A stretch of 64,000 nucleotides of DNA from assembly GCA_030390025.1 (NCBI GenBank), contig JASTWF010000367.1, positions 186,001 through 250,000 on the forward strand, in the 5' to 3' direction. The notes beneath the pieces are model-generated. The model did no database searches. It saw nothing but the letters and a program-made list of their open reading frames with translations, and was not told the origin of the DNA. Every line of letters starts with the position of its first letter. Positions within the stretch are counted from its first letter, which is position 1. A program made the position numbers and the translations under genes. This DNA comes from Squalus acanthias. Its lineage: Eukaryota. Shown one piece after another: positions 55,006-64,000 of the stretch.

Positions 55006-56989
55006 GTAAGTGGCAGAAACGCAGACTGAGATTGGTTGGTTTCAGTATCTCACAAGCAGCAGGAAGCTGCAGCCCAGACATTGCTGATAATGATGTTGGA
55101 GGATAAACACATCACACTTTACTGTGAGATCCCTCTCAGTGCTATTTTAGCTCAAGGTTTATCCCCTTCAAATAAGAAATTCCAGGGCAAGGTGATCTGA
55201 ATGTGTGAAATGCTCAAATCCGCTAATAACGCCAATGGTAATTGCTGCCTCGTGGTTTTACCCACCACCTACCCTGAAATCGTTTAACTCTGATCAACTA
55301 TTAAACATGTTGGGGTTCACATTCGAGGGATGGTTTCTAAATTGTGATTTGAGTGCGGGGTCAGTGGGGTGTGGGGGGCTGGGTCAGTGGGGTGTGCGGA
55401 GCGGGCGGGGTCAGTGGGCTGTGCGGGGCTGGGACTGTGGGGTGTCAAAGAGCATCAAAGCCCTGCTCACCGATCAGCCCTGTCCTTGTGAACTTACATT
55501 GGCTCCCGGTCCCCCAGCACCTCCAAATCAAATCTCTCATCCTCGTATTTTAATCCCTTCATGGTCATGTCCCTTCCTGTCTCTGTAAGCTCCTCCAGCC
55601 CTACAATCCCCCACCACCTGGCCTCTTGTGGCATTTCACCCTCTCCTCCCCCCCATCTATGGCGGCTGTGCCTTCGGCTGTCCCGGCTCAATGCTCATCA
55701 ATTCCCCACCTAAACCTCTCCAGCTCCCTCCTCCTTTAGAACCCTCCGAAACTCACTGCTGTGACCAACATTCTGACCACGCCTCCTTCTACCCCCTTTA
55801 GTCTGAGCCCATCTTTTGTCGTACTTGGCTTCTGTGAAGCACCTTGCGATGTGTTTCTATGGAAATGCAAATTGTTGTTGCTGTGTGTTTATTGTAACAT
55901 TGTCAGCGTGAGTGACAGAGCAGGTAACTGAATCTTAAAAAACTCAAACTTAGTTATATAAGTTAATGCCGGAGAATAACTTCAACTACAGTTTAGAGAA
56001 ATTACTGATCCTAGACTGAATCGCTTTTACATTTCCCCAGTGGGGAAAGGAACGGACGCTGACTGAGAGTTTGATTGGACGCCCGTGTGTGGACACACTC
56101 ACAGCGAGACACGTGCACAAGTGGAGAATATTCACTGTAAAACAGCAGGCAAATCTACCACTTGTATATTTATGGCCATTTCTGAGATTTTAAGAGCGCG
56201 AAGGATTTTCAAAACATAAATGCTATGCATCACCTCACTGTTTAAAGTGACAGGATTCACAACATTACACATTACTGTTAATATTAGTGGAACAGCAGTA
56301 AATGTCCTCACCTCCTACACTGCTCATTAGTCAGGTGCTGACAACAGGAGAGATATGGTAAATATATTCAAATTGAAACACCAACCAGGACACATCTCCA
56401 TGAACACACGGACAATTTCACAGCCCATAGAGACCAGAGGAATCGCACCCAGCTGTATATTGTGTGTGGATAGAAATCATATTCATAAAATACCAGAATT
56501 TAATATAAAAACAAAAATGTTAAACACAAATCTGTGAATAAAAATAATACAACACCCCCAGACTGTAAAACCGAGTGCTGAATCAGGCAATCCATCAATG
56601 ATCACCCGCTCCATATTTCCCTGCAGAATATTCTCTGCCTCAGGAATAAGGCTGGTTTTCGCCTGCACTGTGAGTAAATCTCACCAGTGGTCGCTCCCAG
56701 TGCAGAGTCTCGGCCGACGGACGCCCGACTGGAAATCGGTTGTGGGGATCAGCGGGACTCAAAGGATTTGCTGGGCAGCTGTCTGTCATACCTGATGTGG
56801 AGAGTTGATCGTAACACTCGGGAAATGCTCGATCCCAGAGCTAACAGCTGTTGTACTGATGGGGGAGGAGGGACTTGATATTATGTTTAACAAGTCAACG
56901 TTCTCCTTCTCATATTAATATTTCCATCTAACTCTCCTATTAATATATTTATTACAGAGCATCAGAATCTGGAAACGCCTGTCACCACC

Positions 56990-57053
56990 ATGGCTGAAGG
57001 TCCAAACAGGGGAGAAGATCCAACATCTTCAACAAGAATGAGAATGGACACAG
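56990..57053 (+). CDS. Second NLR gene, first coding exon (exon 56958-57053)
   Basis: attacag| acceptor, Kozak CACCACCATGG, MAEGPNRGEDPTSSTRMRMDT, donor CAG|GTAAGT. Phase 1 fits the next exon. Confidence 0.8.
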
Positions 57054-57489
57054 GTAAGTTCCCAAAATTCTTTACAGTATATTTTCTGTCATGAAAAAGG
57101 GTCCAGATCTGGTCCAAAAACCTGCCGCTCACACAGGAAGAGGGAAAAGGACAGGGATTGAGTAGAAAGAGGGAAGTGTTTAACCATTTAGTGGGGCATC
57201 ACAGTCAGAGGTGGAGGGAGTCTGAGTATTGGAACTGTCCTGGTATTGGGGACTGTAGGCTGGTTAGAGACAGTGACTCAGAGGAGAGTCTTCCTGAGCA
57301 GCAGTGTGACTCCAGGAGCAGGAGGTCACCCCGAGTGGTGCGCAGATGAGAGGAGAATGGTAGAGATATCTGCTTCCAGAGGGAAGAACATATTTGAACG
57401 GCTGTGACCTTTTCTGTGAAGGCAAGAAGAGCAGAAAATTGTCCCGGTCAAAACCAAAAACACAACCAGAAGTACATTGTTTTAAAAAT

Positions 57490-58410
57490 CACTTTCTGGA
57501 AATGAGTGTCGCTGACAAAGCCAGCATTTATTGCCCATACCAAGTTGCCACCTACTTGAATCGCTGCAGTCCATGTGATGAAGGTGCTCCCACCGTGCTG
57601 TTAGGTAGGGAGTTCCAAGGTTTTGATCCAGCGACAATGAAGGATAGGTGATGTATGTCCAAGTTAGGGTTGTATGTGACATTAGGAGAACTTGGAGGCG
57701 AAGGTGTTCCCACGCACCTGGTGCCTGTCCTTCTAGGTGGGCGATGTCGTGGGTCTGGGAGGTGCTGTCGAAGATGCCTTGCCGACTTACTGGAGGGCAT
57801 CCAGTAGACAGTAATCTGCCACCACGGTAAGCCAATGGTGCAGGGAGTCAATGTTTAACCCAATGGATGGGGTGCTGATCAAGCATAATGCTTTGTCCTG
57901 GATGGTGTTGAGCATCTTCAGTGTTGTTGCAACTTCACTCGTCCAGACAAATGGAAAGTGTTCCATCACTCTCCTGACGTGTGTTATAGGTGGGGGAGAG
58001 AATTTGGGGAGCCACGAAGTGAGCCACTCACCACAGAATACCCAGCCTCTGACCAGCTCCCGTAGACACGGGGGATGTATGTGGCTGGTCCAGTTCTATT
58101 TTGGTTGATGTGGGGGACTTGGTGATAATGTCATTGACTATCATGGCATGTGGCTATGGTATCTCTCGTTGGAGATGGTCATTGCCTGACACTTCTGTGG
58201 TGCGAATATTATTTGCCACTTATCAGCCCAAAACTGAATGTTATCCATGTATTGCTGCATGCTGGCATGGACTGCTTCATTATTGGAGGAATTGCGAATG
58301 GAGCCGAACACACTGCGACCATCAGCGAGCAGCCCCACTTCTAACCTTATGATGGAGCGAAGGTCACTGATGAAGCAGCTGGGAATAGTTGAGTCTAGGA
58401 CGCTGGCCTG
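57490..58410 (-). mobile_element. RTE-type LINE 3' part, degenerate
   Basis: IQFWADKWQIIFAPQKCQAMTIS; MEHFPFVWTS..TTLKMLNTIQDKA; SKPWNSLPNSTVGAPSSHGLQRFK. Confidence 0.75.
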
Positions 58411-59246
58411 GTTTGAGGCCTATATTGAGGGAATTTAAAGTCAGGCAATGGAATGTAGGGTGGGGGCGGGGTGGTTAAAATGGAATTGGGTTCAAAGCCG
58501 GCGGATAATATAAAAAGTCAGGGTTTATGAAAAGTAAAGCAATAATTCAAGTTTCTATCACTGGGGATGAAGGGAGAATCTAGTTGTGGAGGATGACGTT
58601 TTGTGGAGGTATCAAACATTTCCAATAGTTTCTAAAAAATCATGGTGGTAGTGCGAGAAGGTGGACTAGAGGAGGATGTGGGATCAAAGTTGGATTTAAA
58701 TGTAGGGAAGGATTTGGAGCTGAATAAATAGTCACGATGGGTAAGTGGCTGGGCCCAGAGATAACACACTCCAGGCTGTTAAATCAAATCACAGAGGAGG
58801 GAGGACAGACTCTCCACAATTGTTCAATCCGTTTTAGATACAAACAATACACTGGAACACTGAAGGAGCCCAAGTAACGTCTCTGTTCAACAATGGAGGA
58901 GAGAGGATAAACCGGGTAACTAGAACAGTCTACGGCAGTTATGGGCAGAATGCTCGAGTCTGTAATTTAAGGTTGAATTAGTCAATGTTGAGATACAGGG
59001 GATGATCAGGGGAGGCTGGAATGGACTAGCTGTAGGCAAGATGTGTCTTGACAGATTTGCACGCTTTTTTTTAAAGAATGGACTGTATAGATCGATGGGA
59101 TGCAGCATCTGCGGTGTATATGTGGTTTAAGATGGTGTTTGATAATGCGGCTCACAGGAGGTTTCAGCTGTTTGGTATAAGAGGCAATGTAGCAGCTTGG
59201 ATATAAAGTGGATAATGAGTTTAATTTTCTCCATGTGTGTTCACAG

Positions 59247-59413
59247 ATCCGAACTCTACAATCACTGAGTTCTTGACAGAGTGCAACGATTACCAGCTGA
59301 TCCAGTTGACGAAATTCTACCGGGACAGACTGGAACAGGCGATTGAAGGAGGGGTGGATGGAGTCAGCTCGTTGTTAACATACGAGTGGCATTTCAGTGG
59401 ACAAGAACATCGG
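59247..59413 (+). CDS. Second NLR gene, exon encoding the start of an N-terminal death-fold (CARD-like) domain
   Basis: tcacag|DPNSTITEFLTECNDYQLIQLTKFYRDRLEQAIEGGVDGVSSLLTYEWHFSGQEHR|gtgagt. Open and in frame with 56990-57053 (231 nt total). The gene continues beyond the window. Confidence 0.8.
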
Positions 59414-59999
59414 GTGAGTGGGAAGGACACAATGAGTTTGGATTATTTAAATATCACAGAAGCAACAGGAAATCAGATCTTAGAATCATAGAATGTTACA
59501 GAAGAAAAACAGGCCAACTAGGAAAGAAAGGGTTAAAGCTGTTAATATTTTAAAGCTGAAACAACAACAAAAATGTGAAAATACCCACTGGATTCATCAG
59601 TCTGTGTAAAAAGGACAGGGTAACGGGTACGGTATTATCCTTTGTGGGCTGAAGTCAAAGGGAACCAAGAATTTTAGCAGGTTCTCTCAAAGAGACAAGA
59701 GACAACTAGTCGGAGTTTCAGGGAAGGTCATGAGTTGAATGTCCTACAAAGTATATAAAGTAAATTGAGGAACTGAGAGATGATTTAAAGAAATCAGCTG
59801 CGGGTTAAAGGAAAGATATTTTTATAAAATGCTAAACTAGTGAACAAGTATTGAACCCAAACAACCCCAAAAAACCGGTGGGGAATGTCCGATTAACCGA
59901 ATAGAATCATCCCAATTATATTGATTCAGATACCAGCGATAAATCAACTTGTTGGTTCTATGAAGATCCTCAGGATGTTCAAGCAAATTATCCAGCTAC

Positions 60000-62900
60000 A
60001 GTTAATAGAATCACAGGAACTCACAGCACAGAAGGAGGCCACGTCGTGCCTGTGCTGGCTCTTTGAAAGAGCAGCCGAGCTCAGTCCCACACCCCCACTA
60101 TTTGTCCGTAACCCTGCAAGTTCCTCATCCACAAGTACCTGTCTAACTCCCTTTAAAACTATTGATGGCATCAGCTTACATCACCTTTTCAGGTCGAGCG
60201 TTCCAGATCCCGACATCACTCTGAGTGAAAACAATTATCCTCATCCCCCCTCTAGATCTTTTGTCAATGATTTTAAATCGATGGCCTCTGGTTATTGACC
60301 CAATCGCCAGACGGAATAGTTTTTTCTCTATCTGTGTCAAAACTTTTTATCATCTTGAAACCCTCTATTAGGTCACCTGTTAACCTTCTCTGTTCCAAAG
60401 AGAACAGTCCTGACTTTCCCGATCTAGTAATAGTACATCCTTTAAGTCTGTGAATACTAACCAATCCAGGCATGTTCAGCGCGGGATACCAAAGAATTAC
60501 TGAAAGTGACCCTATTTATAGACCGAGATCAGAGGTGTCAAACAGACTGTCCACAGGACAGTTCCATCAGCCCATGTAACTTAAGTCCCTCATCCCTGGT
60601 ACTATTTTAGTGAATCTCCTCTGCACCCTGTCCAAGGCCTTGACAGTGTATAACATGTGGTGCCCAGAATTAGACACAATACTCCAGCTGAGGACTAACC
60701 ACTGATTTATAAATGTTTAGCATAACGTCCTTTCTTTTGTATTCTGTCTCTATTTATAAAACCAGGAATCCCGTCTGTTTTTTAACAGCCTTCTCAACTG
60801 ATTCTGCCAACTTCAAATAATTCTCTACATAAACCCCGAGGTCCCTGTTCCTTCACCCCCGTTAAAATTGTACAGTTTAGTTTGTATTGCCTCTCCTCAT
60901 TCTTTCTTCCAAACATAGTCATAGAGAAATACAGCACAGAAAGAGGCCCTACGGCCCATCGTGTCCGCAAAGGCCATCAAGCCCTGTCTATTCTAATCTC
61001 ATTTTCCAGCACTTGGTCTGTAGCCTTGTATGCTATGGCATTTCAAGTGCTCATCTAAATGCTTATTGAATGTTGTGAGGGTTCCTGGCTCTACCACCCT
61101 TTCAGGCAGTGAGTTCCAGATTCCAACCACCCTATGGGTGAAAAAGTTTTTCCTCGAATCCCCTCTAAACCTCCTGCCCCTTACCTTGAAACTATGCCCC
61201 CTGGTTATTGAGCCCTCTACTAAGGGGAAAAGTTCCTTTCTATCTACCCTAGCTATGCCCCACATAATTTTGTGCGCCTCAATCAGGTCCCTCCTCAGAC
61301 TTCTCTGCTCTAAGGAAAACAACCCCAGCCTGTCCAGTCTCTCTTCATAGCTGAAACGCTCCAGCCCAGTAACATCCTGGTGAATCTCCTCTGCACCCTC
61401 TCTAATGCAATCAAATCCTTCCTATAGCCTGGCGACCAGAACTGCACACAGTATTCCAGCTGTGGCCTAACTAGCGTTTTGTACAGCTCCATCATAACCT
61501 CCCTGCTCTTATATGCTATGCCTCGGCTAATGAAGGCATATGCCTTCTTAACCACCTTATCTACCTGTCCTGCTGCCTTCAGGGATCTATGTACATGCAC
61601 ACCAAGGTCCCTCTGATCCTCTGTCCTTCCTAGGGTCCTACCATTCATTGTGTATTCCCTTGACTTGTTAGTCCTCCCAAAATGCATCACCTCACACTTT
61701 TCAGGTTTAAATTCCATTTGCCACTGTTCTGCCCATCTGACCAACCCGTCTATATCGTCCTGTAGCCTAAGTCTTCCCTCCTCGTTATTTACCACTCCAC
61801 CAATTTTCATGTCATCTGCGAACTTACTGATCATAGCTCCTACATTCATATCTAAATCATTAATGTACACACAAACAGCAAGGGACCCAGCAACGATCCC
61901 TGCGTTACACCACTGGACACAGGCTGCCAGTCACTAAAAACAACCTTCGACCATCCCCCTCTGCCTCCTGCCACTGAACCAATTTTGGATCCAATGTGCC
62001 AAATTGCCCTGAATCCCATGGGCTCTTACCTTCTTGAACAGTCTCCCATGCCGGACCTTGTCAAAAGCCTTTCTGAAGTCCATGTAGACTACATCAACTG
62101 CACTACCCTCATCCACATACCTAGTTACCCTCTGTCAAAATTCAATCAAATTGGTTAGACATGATCTCCCCCTGACAAAGCCATGCTGACTATTCTTGAT
62201 TAATCCTTGCCTCTCCAAGTGGAGACTAATTCTGTCCCTCAGAATGTTTCCAATAATTTCCCTAACACTGATGTTAGGCTCACTGGCCTGTAATTCCCTG
62301 GTTTATCCCTATTATCCTTCTTGAATAATGGTACTACGTTAACTGTCCTCCAGTCCTCTGGCACCTCCCCTGAGTCCAGAGAGGATCTGAAAATTTGTGT
62401 CAGAGCCCTTGCAATCTCCTCCCTTGCCTCACACAGCAGCCTGGGATACATCTCGTCTGGGCCTGGAGATTTATCCACTTTTATGCCCGCTAATACCTCC
62501 TCCCCCTCGATGCTAATTTGTTCAAATATATCACAATCCCCCTGCCTGATTTCTATGCTTACATCGTCCTTCTCCATAGTGAACACAGATGCAAAATATT
62601 AATTTAAACCTCACCTACATCTTTCGGCTCTACACACGCATTGCCACTTTGGTCCCTAATGGGCCCTACTCATTCCCTGGTTATCCTCTTGCCCTTAATA
62701 TACTTATAAAACACCTTGGGATTTTCCTTTATATTGCCTGCCAGTGTTTTTTCATGCCCTCTCTTTGCTCTCCTAATTTCTTTAAGTACTCCCCTGCACT
62801 TTCTATACTCTTCTTGGGCTTCCACTATTTTTAGTCCTTTGTATCTGTCAAAAGCCTCCCTTTTTTTCCTAATCCATTCTTGTATCTCCCTTGACATGCA

Positions 62901-63781
62901 GGGTTCCCTGGGCTTGTTAGTCCCACCCTTGACCTTTACGGGAACATGTTAGTGCTGTACTCTCTCTATTTCCTTTCGGAAAGACTCCCACTGCTCTGAT
63001 GTGGATTGTCCTGCCAGTAGCTGATCCCAGTCCACTTTGGCCAGATCCTACCTTATCATATTAAAATCTGTCTTCCTCCAATTTAGAACCTTTATTTCCG
63101 GTCCATCTTTGTCCTTTTCCATGACTGCCTTAAATCTCACCGAATTATGGTCACTGTCACCAAAATTCTCTCCTACTGACACATCTACCACTTGCCCGGC
63201 TACATTCCCTAGAATTAGGCCCAGTACCGCCTCCTCTCTTATAGGACTTTCTACATGCTGGCTCAAAAAGCTCTCCTGTTTGCACTTTAAGAATTCTGCA
63301 CCCTCTAAGCCTTTCACACTCTGACTATCCCAGTTAATATTGGGGAAGTTGAAATCCCCTCCTATTATTATTATATCAATTCACACTTCTCTGTCATGTG
63401 TCTGCCCATTTCACCAGTCTGTCTATGACCTCCTGAAGTCTGCTATTATCCTTCTCACTACTTACTACCTTTCTGAGTTTCACGCAATCTGCAATTCTTT
63501 TAAATTATGCTCTGTATACCCAAGTGCTGGTCATTAATATATATCGACAAGAGCAGTCGTCCTAATACTGAGCCTTGTGAGACAACAATGTACTCTTTCC
63601 CCCAGTCTGAAAAGCAGCTGTTCACAACTGCTCTCTGTTTCCTTTCCCTTAGACAATGTCCTATCAACGCTGCCATGGGCTTCTAATTTGCTAACATGTC
63701 AATTACGTGGTTCTTGGACAAACGCCTTTTAAAAGTCCATATGCCCAACATCAACTGCACTACCCTTGTCAACCGTCAATT
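60000..63781 (-). mobile_element. Nested CR1 LINEs: an older copy (~60000-60915 and ~63375-63781) split by a younger one (~60916-63370)
   Basis: The younger copy has GDSDHN, KSPGPD, NYRPVSL, MDFRKAFD, FADD and a 3' tail at 60916. The older copy resumes across it (CTTCCAAA | ATCAATTCACACTTCTCTG). Confidence 0.88.
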
Positions 63782-64000
63782 TGTAGGGGGGTGGTGTGTG
63801 GGGTCAGTCTTCACCTCTGACTCAGTGAGCGGTTCGAATCGCTCCCACACCCCTGGTTCTGGACGTTGGCCTTATTTAGGGGTTGTGAACAAAGATGCAG
63901 TAGACAACAAGTTCTGCTGAAAGAATTTTGTCTTTATTAAAAGAAAAAGGTAAAAAACTTAAAAACACTTAACACTTAAACACAGGTTGGGGAACACACA
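63782..64000 (-). repeat. LTR end of the same family as 17792-18983 (runs off the window)
   Basis: TGTAGGGGG...CTGACTCAGTGAGCGGTTCGAATCGCTCCCAC...AAACACAGGTTGGGGAACACAC, collinear with 17792-18012. No PBS adjacent, so a solo or 3' LTR. Confidence 0.9.

Noticed and set aside
56627..56669. Possible small 5' UTR exon (CTGCAG|...|GTGAGT) upstream of the NLR ATG exon
   Set aside because: Splice-like signals only; cannot be supported without transcript data.
58430..59215. Very old CR1-like remnants (also ~52260-52440 and 53950-54345) and MITE-like GC patches (~52450-52960)
   Set aside because: Too decayed to give reliable boundaries or family calls.

Overview
Repeat-rich vertebrate genomic DNA, most consistent with a cartilaginous fish (shark/ray). 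This is inferred from HER1-type CR1 LINEs, Penelope-type palindromes and shark-type NLR exons; no database check was possible. The window lies inside an NLR (NACHT-LRR) immune gene cluster. At 1-12553 is the 3' half of one NLR gene, disabled by a ~7.7 kb Harbinger transposon inserted into an LRR exon and by a +1 frameshift. At ~47.8-59.4 kb is the 5' end of the next NLR gene: a duplicated promoter/first-exon block, a dead death-fold exon, the ATG exon and an intact death-fold exon. Between them are a gag-protease LTR element with its 5' LTR, a 1.83 kb tandem macro-repeat, many CR1/L2/RTE LINE pieces (one with an uninterrupted 978-aa ORF2), a second Harbinger with an intact spliced Myb/SANT gene, and four minisatellites. 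The least expected part is a Pol III 'island' at ~27.5-38.9 kb. It holds two tandem vault-RNA-like genes with upstream TATA boxes, six degenerate tRNA genes (Asn, Val, Glu, Trp, Leu, Lys) and a 116-nt structured Y-RNA-like candidate. Penelope-type palindromes carry minimal hammerhead ribozyme cores, two of which look intact. All calls were made by eye; mobile-element boundaries are approximate unless TSDs or termini are quoted.
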